Virus record (IMG/VR): IMGVR_UViG_3300046517_000866
Span: 11,593 to 75,592 of that record
Strand: one strand, 5' to 3'
Length of the DNA: 64,000 nt
Origin: a virus
The notes beneath the pieces were generated by a model that worked only from the letters and a program-made list of their open reading frames with translations, searched no databases and was not told the DNA's origin. Made by a program: the position numbers and the translations under genes. Position 1 is the stretch's first letter, and each line of letters opens with the position of its first letter. Below are positions 18,888 through 28,246 of the stretch, in pieces.

Positions 18888-19147
18888 CACGAGCCATGCG
18901 CAAATACTCACTGAACGAAATCAACGCAATGCGCGCTGCATTGCGATCTTACCGAATTTCCAGACAAATACCCACCAACTGGTTCAACGATAATCCCGGC
19001 AAGTGTTATCTTTCCAACTCCATGTCTGACCCTGATAAAGGCATAGAGGATGAATTACGAACACTGATGACGGGCGGCGTGGAGCCATCAGAAGTAATTG
19101 AGCGTGCGCGCAAGGAACACAATCGTGTTCATGGAGAGCCAAAATGA
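18884..19147 (+). CDS. Hypothetical protein
   Basis: Coupled ORF (GTGA overlap). Confidence 0.5.
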   Translation: MTRAMRKYSLNEINAMRAALRSYRISRQIPTNWFNDNPGKCYLSNSMSDPDKGIEDELRTLMTGGVEPSEVIERARKEHNRVHGEPK

Positions 19148-19617
19148 AGTCCGTACTACAAGACTGGGTGATGGAATTGACGCTTAGGCAACAGGGGGTT
19201 TTAGTCCTAGCCTTGCGAGGACCCGACGGTGCACGAAAGGAAGACCCAGCAAAGCCAATAGTTCGGACATTGCGTGCCCTTGTCATGAACTCAGGTCGTG
19301 AAGGTTGCCCGATGGCAATGGGTTCCCACTTTGAAGGCGACGCTTTCATGCGTACGGATTTGATAGCCGATCCACGCACATGGATTGATGTTTGCCAACG
19401 TTTCTACAGCTCGATCGACCAATACAATATCCACTTCCTGCAACACCTCTGGCATGCATACGCACTGCTAGGAGTGTTTCATCCACTTGAAGTCGTTCAA
19501 TGGCACTCTATGCAGTTCTATCTAGACGGCGCAAAGAAACTACACTTCAACCCAGAAACACGTGACGAGATCACGTATCGCCTACGTGATGGCATACGGC
19601 CGGAAAGTGACGAATAG
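19144..19617 (+). CDS. Hypothetical phage protein
   Basis: Coupled ORF (ATGA overlap); SVLQDWV...LRGPDG. Confidence 0.55.
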   Translation: MKSVLQDWVMELTLRQQGVLVLALRGPDGARKEDPAKPIVRTLRALVMNSGREGCPMAMGSHFEGDAFMRTDLIADPRTWIDVCQRFYSSIDQYNIHFLQHLWHAYALLGVFHPLEVVQWHSMQFYLDGAKKLHFNPETRDEITYRLRDGIRPESDE

Positions 19618-19708
19618 GTTGCCTTCGCAGATTGGCATCAAAGAAGGCAGCCCAAAGGGGAGCCCAACATAGGGTCGCGGGCTCCCCTTCTTATTCAAAG
19701 GAAGTAAC

Positions 19709-19921
19709 ATGATGGAAGAAATCACAGTAGGTGCAATCATAATGGGAGCGTTAGCAGCAGTTTTCATGCTGGCATTCCTGATGTACAACGAGGTTACGTC
19801 CGACAAAATTGTACTGATCAAGAATGAATGGACTTGCACCAAAAGCGTGGTATCAGTTTTGCCCATGGCAGGTGGTGGACTAATTCCGATCGATAACTGT
19901 ACGCGCTGGGAAGCAAAATGA
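19709..19921 (+). CDS. Small membrane-anchored protein
   Basis: N-terminal hydrophobic helix; two cysteines. Confidence 0.5.
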   Translation: MMEEITVGAIIMGALAAVFMLAFLMYNEVTSDKIVLIKNEWTCTKSVVSVLPMAGGGLIPIDNCTRWEAK

Positions 19922-21786
19922 AACTTGATTTCAACTACGTCTGGCTAAAGCAGTTCAAATCATTTTCAAAAGCATGCACCTTCCGCTTGGATTTGAAACC
20001 AGGTGTGCACTTCATTCGTGGCATCAACTCGGACAAGCCCCGCCTAGGATCGAACGGCGCTGGCAAGTCTACGATCTTTGACGCGCTATGTTGGGTGCTC
20101 TATGGCAAGACAAGCCGAGGGCTCAAGAACCCGGACGTTGCTGCTCGCAAGGCAAACGGAAAAACAACTACCGTAATCCTGGGTATCACGATCGATGATA
20201 TCGAGTACACGATTACGAGATCAATCCGCCCAAATAAGTTACTGATTGACAACAAGGAAGTTGGACAAGAACAAATTATTGAACTGATAGGAATGGACTT
20301 CCCGGTATTCACGCACACAATCCTGCTTGGTTCATTATGCCCGCTGTTCTTTGATTTGACGGCGCGCGACAAGATGCAACTGTTTGTTGACGTACTTGAT
20401 CTGGAACGCTGGGATAACCGATCGGAAATTGCATCCAAGAAATTGCAGGAACGCGTCAGCATTCAAGTAGGAGTGCAAAGTGACCTCAGCGCCCTGGAAA
20501 CTACCTATGCAACAGTCACAGAACTGAAAAAGAGTTTACAGGAACAATCGGACGAATGGAACGCCCAACAAGAAACACGCTTGCAGGGTTACGTCAACAA
20601 ACGCAAGCAGCGTTACAAAGAACTGAAAGTACAGGAAAAGCTTTATGAGGATGCACTCCTGGGTCTCGATGGCGCTGGTGTGGAGGTTAAACAACTGGAA
20701 ATCGATTTGGCTAGACAGACAGATGATCTGGCCCGAGCAAAAAACGCCAGAAACAAAGTTGAGGCAGAGCTCAAAATACTACACAGCCAGTATGAACAAT
20801 TGGCTGACCAATACCATCAACTTGGAGAAGGGGCGCATTGCCCGACGTGTGGACAATCAACCAAGGGCACCGCCCTGGAAAAGCAAAAGAAGCAGATGCG
20901 TCATGACCTCGCCAAGGCCCGAGCAATCTTGGATGCTGGCATACCATCGGAAATCGACTTAGCAGTTACTACAGCAAAGAAGATAGTTCACACGACACAG
21001 GAGCATTTAGCGAACTGGCGTGCCAAGGAAGACGATGCACAATCGACAGTACGTCGTGTCGAGCCATTCGTTAATAGTTACAAGACGGAAATCGGCACAC
21101 TCACAAGACAAATCGAGGAACGCGAACACGAAAACAATCCTTATACGCTGCAAATTCGTAAACTGATCAAGCAGACCCAAAAGTTGGAAGGGGATCGCAA
21201 AGCGTTGACGGAACGCCTTGGCAAAATGAACTCACTAGTTGAGCGGACCAAATTCTGGGTCAAGGGGTTCAAAGATGTACGCTTGTTCGTCATTGAAGAG
21301 TTGCTGCAAGAATTGGAGTTGACTACAAACGCTGTCCTGGATGATGTTGGTTTGGTTGGGTGGTCGATCAAATATGCAATCGAGCGTGAGACAAAAGCAG
21401 GAACGATCCAACGAGGGTTGACAGTATCCATCCTCGAACCGGGCAACGAAACACCAGTTAGGTGGGAGGCTTGGTCTGGGGGTGAGGGGCAGCGATTGCG
21501 TGTCATCGGTGCATTGGCGTTGTCCGAAACACTACTCAATCACGCGGGGGTTGAAACGTCCATCGAAATATTGGACGAACCGACACAACATCTAAGCGAT
21601 ATTGGTGTCAATGACCTCAACGATTATTTGGCCGAACGGGCAAGGCAGTTGAAGCGATGCATTTTCTATATCGATCATGCATCGGTCGAGAGTTCAAAAT
21701 TTGCCTCTGTTTTGACGATCGAAAAAGGTGAAGTGGGGTCATTCCTGCGGAAATCCGGCAAAGCCGAAGAAGAGTGCCCGTTTTGA
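19918..21786 (+). CDS. SbcC/Rad50-like ATPase
   Basis: Walker A NGAGKS, zinc hook CPTCG, coiled coils, signature SGGE, Walker B ILDEP and H-loop. Confidence 0.92.
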   Translation: MKLDFNYVWLKQFKSFSKACTFRLDLKPGVHFIRGINSDKPRLGSNGAGKSTIFDALCWVLYGKTSRGLKNPDVAARKANGKTTTVILGITIDDIEYTITRSIRPNKLLIDNKEVGQEQIIELIGMDFPVFTHTILLGSLCPLFFDLTARDKMQLFVDVLDLERWDNRSEIASKKLQERVSIQVGVQSDLSALETTYATVTELKKSLQEQSDEWNAQQETRLQGYVNKRKQRYKELKVQEKLYEDALLGLDGAGVEVKQLEIDLARQTDDLARAKNARNKVEAELKILHSQYEQLADQYHQLGEGAHCPTCGQSTKGTALEKQKKQMRHDLAKARAILDAGIPSEIDLAVTTAKKIVHTTQEHLANWRAKEDDAQSTVRRVEPFVNSYKTEIGTLTRQIEEREHENNPYTLQIRKLIKQTQKLEGDRKALTERLGKMNSLVERTKFWVKGFKDVRLFVIEELLQELELTTNAVLDDVGLVGWSIKYAIERETKAGTIQRGLTVSILEPGNETPVRWEAWSGGEGQRLRVIGALALSETLLNHAGVETSIEILDEPTQHLSDIGVNDLNDYLAERARQLKRCIFYIDHASVESSKFASVLTIEKGEVGSFLRKSGKAEEECPF

Positions 21787-21787
21787 T

Positions 21788-21895
21788 GGCAAAATTCCTG
21801 CGATATTTGGCGCTACAGAGCCTTTATGGGTGGGGGCGCCACCCCCCTAGCGCTCCCGATCCAATGGGCACTCAGCGAGAGCCTATCGAAGGCCA
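21788..21895. repeat. Dispersed ~100-bp dyad element, copy 2
   Basis: CAAAATTCCTGCGATA flank; core GGGGCGCCA-cccccc-TAGCGCTCC at 21833-21856. Confidence 0.88.
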
Positions 21896-22055
21896 CGGAT
21901 AAAGGAAAAGTTTCCCATGAAGCAGGCGGCAACCTATGTCTGTCAGAACTGCGGCGAAACCTACAAGAACATTCCGGCAGTTCCGACACCGAAGTACTGT
22001 TCTAAAGTATGTTTTTCACAAGCACGCATAAAGGCGCCAAGCAAGGAAAGATCAA

Positions 22056-22358
22056 ATGACAAACAGCGAACTGTACTTCAAAAACACGGCTAGCATACCA
22101 GTCAACAATATGAAGGTAGCTTCCGACCCGTACCCACACCTTAGGGATGCTGATGGCTGCATCCTCGCAAGAGACTACATCAACGTGGGGAAGATGAAGT
22201 ACGTACTGGAGTGTGTCTACACTCATGAAAAGTTACGAAGTGCACTAGAAACAATTGCCAGTATAGAAGGTGATTACGGATCAGGGCAAATTGCTAACAA
22301 AGCACTTGAACCATTTCAGCCCCCTGCAAACTTCAAATACGAATGTGAGCCCCAATGA
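22056..22358 (+). CDS. Hypothetical protein
   Basis: ORF with RBS in a run of small + strand genes. Confidence 0.45.
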   Translation: MTNSELYFKNTASIPVNNMKVASDPYPHLRDADGCILARDYINVGKMKYVLECVYTHEKLRSALETIASIEGDYGSGQIANKALEPFQPPANFKYECEPQ

Positions 22359-22510
22359 TCCCCACATGGCTGTTTCCCAGTACATTGATCGGCGTCTCGT
22401 TCATTTCTGCCGTAGTATATGCAATTGACGGTGATTGGCGACGGGCAGCATATTGGACGGCAGCCACAGTCATCACGATCACAGTTACATTTTGAAAAGG
22501 GAAAGCAAAA

Positions 22511-22738
22511 ATGGAGCATCTAGAGCCCCGTGGGGTGGAAATCAAAAATGCAGTGTTTGAACTAGACCTCAAAAATGCCCAACTCACACTCAAGATTGGG
22601 TATGCAGTTCGTGGGTTAGAACGGATCGGCGCTGAAGTAACGAAGTTAATCCCACTATTAGGTGCTGACATAACCTGCCAACGTCTGCATGATCTGAACC
22701 AATACGTTTACACGCTTATTGCTGACCTAAAGAAGTAA
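22511..22738 (+). CDS. Hypothetical protein
   Basis: ORF with RBS. Confidence 0.45.
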   Translation: MEHLEPRGVEIKNAVFELDLKNAQLTLKIGYAVRGLERIGAEVTKLIPLLGADITCQRLHDLNQYVYTLIADLKK

Positions 22739-22920
22739 CTAACCATGTACGACTACAAGTTGGAGGACAGTACTGGAAAAATTACTCCGATAGCCGAAGT
22801 ATCAACTGCAGAAATCACTGAGTTACTAATGTACGGCTTTCAACCTGTAGGAACTGCAGGAGTTGAAGCAATACGGGAACGCCTTCTACTTGAACTATTC
22901 ATCCGTGAAAGGAGCCTACG

Positions 22921-23193
22921 ATGACCGACAAGAAAATGACTGTCAGCGAACAAGATGTGCACCTGATCAAGCTACTGCGAGCGATCGCAAGTGGTATAGA
23001 CGCACAAGCCTCCGGGCACGCACTCATATTCGAGGGTGCAGCCCAGAGGCTTGAGCAACTAACGGAAGTGGTGAACAGACTGAAAGCCACGCTGTCGATG
23101 ATAGGGACGGCGATCAACGCAACACTGGAACGACTCAAGCAGGAACCGTCGCCACCAAAACCTACTTCGCAGATGAAACCAACTGCCGATTGA
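22921..23193 (+). CDS. Hypothetical protein (last gene of the + arm)
   Basis: AAGGAG RBS; helical. Confidence 0.5.
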   Translation: MTDKKMTVSEQDVHLIKLLRAIASGIDAQASGHALIFEGAAQRLEQLTEVVNRLKATLSMIGTAINATLERLKQEPSPPKPTSQMKPTAD

Positions 23194-23366
23194 AGACGCA
23201 GCCATCCCGCCAACAGACGATCAGTCGCCCACCTTCATTGTCAGCGCCGCACTTCGGACACGTGATCAACGTGACCGGAGTGCTTCCTTTTAACTGCCAC
23301 TTTGGTTCTTGCCACGGACCATCATGGCCGAACTTTTGCAGGCATTGAACGATCCTCTTCAGCCAC

Positions 23367-23858
23367 TTACGCACTTTTTACTCCAGCAACAGCAGCCACC
23401 ATTGCGGGAGCACCTGTACCTGTCGCAGTTGCCGGGATCGTAAAGTGAAAGTTCGCCAGTGCTGCGGCAATTGCTGCCTGTGTGATCTGACCGGCAAGGC
23501 CGTCAATCTTAAGGCCCAACTTTGCCTGCATCAAGTACACGGCATCACGGGTCTTTACGCCATAAATACCGTCGACCACAAGATTGGGTGACGGCACCAA
23601 CATTGCGTTGAGTGCCCCTTGCAGCCACTTCGTGGTGTTTGTGTCGAATGCTGCAATCGCACCGCCGACAATGTGCAAAGCCGGAGCTGCCTTCGGGAAC
23701 AGCGTCGCACCGATTTCCTCCAACATTGTCGCAACCGTCGGGGAAATTTCCTTGATCTTCGCCACCAAACCTTCGTTGGAAGATGCGATATCGATGGCAG
23801 CCTTCACCAACGGTGCAAACTGCAGCACCATTTGAATGATCGTGAAAACACTACCCAT
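23367..23858 (-). CDS. Peptidoglycan-binding-domain protein (lysis cassette)
   Basis: KWLQGALN...LVVDGIYG.KT..AV..MQ..LGL.IDGLAG.IT (PG_binding_1 pattern); start at MGSVF with AAGGAG RBS. Confidence 0.78.
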   Translation of the reverse strand: MGSVFTIIQMVLQFAPLVKAAIDIASSNEGLVAKIKEISPTVATMLEEIGATLFPKAAPALHIVGGAIAAFDTNTTKWLQGALNAMLVPSPNLVVDGIYGVKTRDAVYLMQAKLGLKIDGLAGQITQAAIAAALANFHFTIPATATGTGAPAMVAAVAGVKSA

Positions 23859-24159
23859 TGTACTGTACTCCTTCTTTCGCTGATTGTGAACTTCCATTTT
23901 TGGCAGATTGCGTTGCAATCCCTGCCAACGTCTCTCCCTTCGCCTTTGACTCCAGGCTTGATCCGAAATAGTACTGCACAACTGTATTGGCGTTAGAGAT
24001 CAAGGCACCTGTGAGCAACGTCAACGTGTTCAGTAACGTTGGGTGCCCGTCAATCGAATTTGGAAACACAAAGATGACGATTACCAGCACGATCATGCAC
24101 AGGATGATGATCGTGCCGATAGTAGCCTTTGCATCGGGCCAATCGAAATTCCAATTCAT
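23851..24159 (-). CDS. Holin
   Basis: Two hydrophobic helices and YYFGSS motif; directly downstream of the endolysin. Confidence 0.75.
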   Translation of the reverse strand: MNWNFDWPDAKATIGTIIILCMIVLVIVIFVFPNSIDGHPTLLNTLTLLTGALISNANTVVQYYFGSSLESKAKGETLAGIATQSAKNGSSQSAKEGVQYNG

Positions 24160-24866
24160 ACGTGGAACTCACGTTTCCAGATTGCCAACCAGGCACGCCG
24201 ATCGGCAAGGCCGTTCAGTCCACCGTTGAGATGCCTTGTTTCGGTAACAATGTCATCGCGCAAGGAAAACGGCAGACAACCACACAGGATCAGGTCAGCA
24301 ACTCCGCACTCCAGCGCATGATCGGGATCACTCAATAGTTCTGGGTGACCCAAAAGATCAAATCCGGTCTTCGCCGCGAGTTTGCCATACCCCTCGCGTC
24401 CCGTGACTTGAGAGAAGCCTCGACCTCGGAAGTTCCATCCATCGTCGGACGGAGGGGGTGCATTCCCCATGCGACCACCGTATGCAATGTCGGCAATCAT
24501 TCGCGGATTGTGTGCGTATCGTGCTGCCATCGATCCGGTGAAGTGTGTAGGAAATATCTGGAGCAGCCGTTGCTCCGAATAGTTCATGTTCTCGACCATT
24601 TCCAACCCGGCACCACACTCTTCCGAGAACTGCGCCATGGCGTGGGCGATACTCATTGGAGAAGTATAGCCATACTTTGGAAAAACAGTCGGTGCCGCCT
24701 TGACAACCCCTTCGATCAGTCCAGGAGTATGTTGGTTTGCATGAGGCCAGCGCCTCTGTAGCATATCCAATGTCAGTATTGATGCGGGTATTGTTTGTAC
24801 CACGCCCGTACTAAGTACGGGGCCTCCGATTGCGCCTGTTGCGCCTGTAACATCAGCCATGATCAC
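24156..24866 (-). CDS. Endolysin, glycoside hydrolase family 19
   Basis: AHAMAQ..EE, ENMNYS, YGGRMGN, DGWNFRGRG..QVTGR..Y and LNGGLNGLADR motifs. Confidence 0.92.
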   Translation of the reverse strand: MIMADVTGATGAIGGPVLSTGVVQTIPASILTLDMLQRRWPHANQHTPGLIEGVVKAAPTVFPKYGYTSPMSIAHAMAQFSEECGAGLEMVENMNYSEQRLLQIFPTHFTGSMAARYAHNPRMIADIAYGGRMGNAPPPSDDGWNFRGRGFSQVTGREGYGKLAAKTGFDLLGHPELLSDPDHALECGVADLILCGCLPFSLRDDIVTETRHLNGGLNGLADRRAWLAIWKREFHV

Positions 24867-24871
24867 TCTCC

Positions 24872-25186
24872 CTATTTGATTATCAGCATTCGACCGAATA
24901 ACTGATTTAGAAACTCGACCTCAGGTTTATCACAGGTCCGAGCCAGATTAAAGAGCTTAAACATAAACTCCACCTGTGCAATCTCGTCTGGCGCTGGGTG
25001 GCTGTCAAGTATCAGTTGTTGCACATTCCTGCGACCACCTTTCAGTCCCTGCATGATTTTCAGCATGCGGGTAGCCAATCGCAACTCGTCCTTTGATATC
25101 GTGAACGGAGGACGAGGCAGCATCGACTCGACAGCTTCATCCCTCACGCTGTCTTTTATGAATTCGTTGAAATCTTTCCAAGCCAC
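24872..25186 (-). CDS. Hypothetical protein
   Basis: ORF with AAGGAG RBS. Confidence 0.5.
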   Translation of the reverse strand: MAWKDFNEFIKDSVRDEAVESMLPRPPFTISKDELRLATRMLKIMQGLKGGRRNVQQLILDSHPAPDEIAQVEFMFKLFNLARTCDKPEVEFLNQLFGRMLIIK

Positions 25187-25327
25187 GACTACTTACTCCT
25201 TTTCCATGAAACCCCGCCCGTGACCGGGGAGAGTACAATCACGGGCGGGGCCGCGACACGAAGTCCCCTGCCGGGTTCAAACCATGCACGCGCAAGAATG
25301 CATGATCCAAACAGGACCTCGTGATCT

Positions 25328-25876
25328 CTAACTACGTAAAAATTCGATCGAGGGTGTGCCTAGTTGCTCGGCTGTCCAGCCTGAGAAACTGCGTGCATGC
25401 AGTTTGATCGTTTTCATATAGGGTTCCCAACGTTCTCTAAAACGTTCGGCGCTAGGCCATGGGACTTGACGCTTGAAGTGTCTCATTTTCGGGTCCATCG
25501 GTACGCCGCAAAGAAGCACCTTGTTGAACCCCTCTTCCAACGCAACTTTGACGGCGAACAACCCAGACGATCCAGTCCAATCTGAAGTTGTGTGCGTCAC
25601 ACCCCTGTCGTGCGTACATGAGTAAACCTTGCCGGGGGGCCACAACACAGAGTCCTCACGCCAGCGAAGCCAAACCTCTAACTTGATCGGGTGCAGAGTA
25701 ATGGCAAAATCAATATGGTCTGGAAACAAGGCGATCATGTCATTGACGACAAAAGTCGCAAAAGCAAGATCGCCAGCATCAATGCAGAGTTGCCTTGCTC
25801 TTTTGTACTCGTCTAGTACATTCTCGGCACCCCCGATGACAATCGCTACTGTCATGATAGTCGTGAGTGTAGCCAT
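25328..25876 (-). CDS. Putative glycosyltransferase-like protein (Maf/DUF115/GT29-like), paralog 1
   Basis: IVIGGA, VVNDM, ITLHP, GSSGLFAV..A...GF..V.LCGVPM and RSFSGWT, shared with two paralogs. Confidence 0.5.
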   Translation of the reverse strand: MATLTTIMTVAIVIGGAENVLDEYKRARQLCIDAGDLAFATFVVNDMIALFPDHIDFAITLHPIKLEVWLRWREDSVLWPPGKVYSCTHDRGVTHTTSDWTGSSGLFAVKVALEEGFNKVLLCGVPMDPKMRHFKRQVPWPSAERFRERWEPYMKTIKLHARSFSGWTAEQLGTPSIEFLRS

Positions 25877-26415
25877 GAGGCATCAGGAAAGCCAAACTCT
25901 TGCATTGTCCATCCTGAAAAACTGCGCACGATCGGCGCTATCTGCTTTTTATGGACTACCCAGCCATTCTGGAAACCGATGCCTTGGGTCCACCGCGTCT
26001 TTCTAATGACGTGCAGCTGCTCAGGTGACATAGGCACGCCGCACAGTAGGCATGCCTGGAAGTCCAAGCGCTGTGCAACTTGAACCATGAACAATCCGAC
26101 AGACCCTCGCCAACATTCGTTGACGTGTGTGACGTACTTTGCAATCCCCTGATTTCGCTTTTCAGAAAACCTGTGGGACCAGACTTGATTGGGTGCTGAG
26201 TAACCCTTTTCAAGCCTCTTTTCAATCCATGGATTGACGGAGTCTGTGTGGATCATGCATGCGTGGTCAATGTCATCTGGAAAGATCGTGCAAATGTCAT
26301 TTGCGACAAATGTACTCCATCCAACGCCAACCTGCATGCACAGTTGCTTTGCTTGTTCGTACTCCTTAAATACGAACTGAGCACCCCCGATCAAGATCGC
26401 CGCTTGGCGCATCAT
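25852..26415 (-). CDS. Putative glycosyltransferase-like protein (Maf/DUF115/GT29-like), paralog 2
   Basis: ILIGGA, VAND, GSVGLF, LLCGVPM and RSFSGWT. Confidence 0.5.
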   Translation of the reverse strand: MMRQAAILIGGAQFVFKEYEQAKQLCMQVGVGWSTFVANDICTIFPDDIDHACMIHTDSVNPWIEKRLEKGYSAPNQVWSHRFSEKRNQGIAKYVTHVNECWRGSVGLFMVQVAQRLDFQACLLCGVPMSPEQLHVIRKTRWTQGIGFQNGWVVHKKQIAPIVRSFSGWTMQEFGFPDASWLHSRLS

Positions 26416-27947
26416 TTCAAGCCATACAAAGTGAACACGCCACCAGCTTCAAAGGCATTCGTAGTCGTGAAGGTCAACCTTGAAATTGCACTGACAGGAG
26501 TGTTATGACTATTATCATCCCAGAAGCTAAAAGCATGACCGGCAAATTTTCCGTTGCCTGATGTGAAGTTGAAAAAGAATGCCATTATAGATTTGACCAC
26601 GTTAGTTGTGTAGTTAGCGAATGTAATCTCACCATACCCGGCAAAGGCACTGCTTTGTGTAAGCAGACCAACCCATGCACCCGCTGACGTCGAAGCTAAG
26701 ACGTCTGTAGCTCCAGACCCGTCAAGTTGATAAATGCGATCAGCAGCAGAATAGTCCCCAGAAGTAGCGTCATTGTTTACTTTACAACTCAAGTTCGCAT
26801 AACTACCTCCCGCAGCATTATCTCTCGCGCTGTAGACAACCTTTAGACTCGTGTAACTGCCAGAAATGCTAGTGAAGTCAACAGATGATTGTCCGGCAGT
26901 TGTTGTGATTTGTGCAAGTTGCACAAAATCGCTTGCACTGCTAGGTCCTGTCGCACCTGTCGCGCCTGTTGCACCTGCGGGTCCTGTAGCCCCTGTTGCA
27001 CCCGTCGCGCCGCTTGCGCCACCGGGAGTTCCTGATGCACCCGTTGGCCCCGTGGCGCCTGTAGCTCCAACGGGACCTGTTGCACCTGTTGCCCCTCCGG
27101 GTGATCCTGATGCACCTGTTGCGCCTGTAGCCCCTGTCGGACCTGTAGCCCCTGTAACACCAATTGAACCTGTAGCCCCTGTCGGACCCGTCGCGCCTGT
27201 GGCGCCGATTGGGCCTGTAGCCCCCGTTGGCCCCGTCGCGCCTGTTGCACCCACACCTCCCACAACAGTACTCGCAGCGACGTTTTCCCAAACTCCATAC
27301 GAAGCATTATAAAGCAGCATATCGTCATTTTGTGGACTGGAGATTGACGTATCAATCAGTTGTGCAAGGGCTGTGACACGGGACACCCATTCTGTGTCGC
27401 CGTCAACGTCACTATGCTTGACTAGTGCGTCACCTGTGGCGCCACCTGCCGGAACTCCATACACTGTATGCCAGATGAAGTCATAGTCCGTGTTGGACGC
27501 TTTTGCTAGAAGTTGCCCTGTCGTTCCTCCGATCGGCAAACCAGCGGGGATTGTGAATAGCAACGCATAGACACTATGCCCATTGCCATCACTTGCACCT
27601 GGATCAAACAGTGTCGCGGACGTGTGATCGAAACTGACAATATATGCCGAGTTACCCTCGCCAAAAACGTCACCAACAAAGTATTGTGTATCTGGTGCCC
27701 AAATGCCACGACCATGTATCCCCAACAAGGGCATCTTGACAAAAAACGATGACGCATCAGTCATCGCAATTGTCATTATGTCACCGTCGGTCGTGATATC
27801 CATGATCGAAACAGGTTCGATCGGATGGTTCTCGATCGCAGCGATACGTTGTAAAACTTCCCAGAAGTTCTGGTCAACTTCAAAGTCGTCAAGTAACCTA
27901 TTTAGGCCACTGCCCCAACGTGAAAAATCAGTAGTGCACCAGTACAT
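26412..27947 (-). CDS. Tail fibre with Gly-X-Thr collagen-like segment
   Basis: [16 protein letters not shown] fibre repeats, about 35 GXY triplets (GAT/GPT), globular C-terminus; last gene of the tail block. Confidence 0.8.
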   Translation of the reverse strand: MYWCTTDFSRWGSGLNRLLDDFEVDQNFWEVLQRIAAIENHPIEPVSIMDITTDGDIMTIAMTDASSFFVKMPLLGIHGRGIWAPDTQYFVGDVFGEGNSAYIVSFDHTSATLFDPGASDGNGHSVYALLFTIPAGLPIGGTTGQLLAKASNTDYDFIWHTVYGVPAGGATGDALVKHSDVDGDTEWVSRVTALAQLIDTSISSPQNDDMLLYNASYGVWENVAASTVVGGVGATGATGPTGATGPIGATGATGPTGATGSIGVTGATGPTGATGATGASGSPGGATGATGPVGATGATGPTGASGTPGGASGATGATGATGPAGATGATGATGPSSASDFVQLAQITTTAGQSSVDFTSISGSYTSLKVVYSARDNAAGGSYANLSCKVNNDATSGDYSAADRIYQLDGSGATDVLASTSAGAWVGLLTQSSAFAGYGEITFANYTTNVVKSIMAFFFNFTSGNGKFAGHAFSFWDDNSHNTPVSAISRLTFTTTNAFEAGGVFTLYGLK

Positions 27948-27958
27948 CGTGTTCTCCC

Positions 27959-28246
27959 TTAGAACCCTGGAAACTTTGGAAAGAAGGCAGAAGGATCAAA
28001 CCCGTTGAAAGTTTGGGTGGTCTTTTCCTTCGGATATTTGATCGCATACAACTGTACTTCTAGACTATCCTCGCCAGTCAGAATTTTTGGATTGCCACCA
28101 TTACCCCAAGTAACTGATACGTTAGCCGGGGATGTTGCCGGTCCCGTCGGTTGTGCGACAGGAGCTGATGCAACTGTGCTAGGAACTTGAAATGGTCTGA
28201 CAAGACCTTCGAATGTGTTAGCCATTTGAAGGAGCCTCCAAGTCAA
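27959..28246 (-). CDS. Small tail-associated protein
   Basis: Position in the tail operon; true start is probably MANTFEG. Confidence 0.45.
   Translation of the reverse strand: MTWRLLQMANTFEGLVRPFQVPSTVASAPVAQPTGPATSPANVSVTWGNGGNPKILTGEDSLEVQLYAIKYPKEKTTQTFNGFDPSAFFPKFPGF

Noticed and set aside
25210-25252. GC-rich hairpins at ~19655-19690, ~25210-25252 and ~46040-46070 as further repeat copies
   Set aside because: They lack the GCGCTA core and the flank; they are likely ordinary terminators or RNA stems
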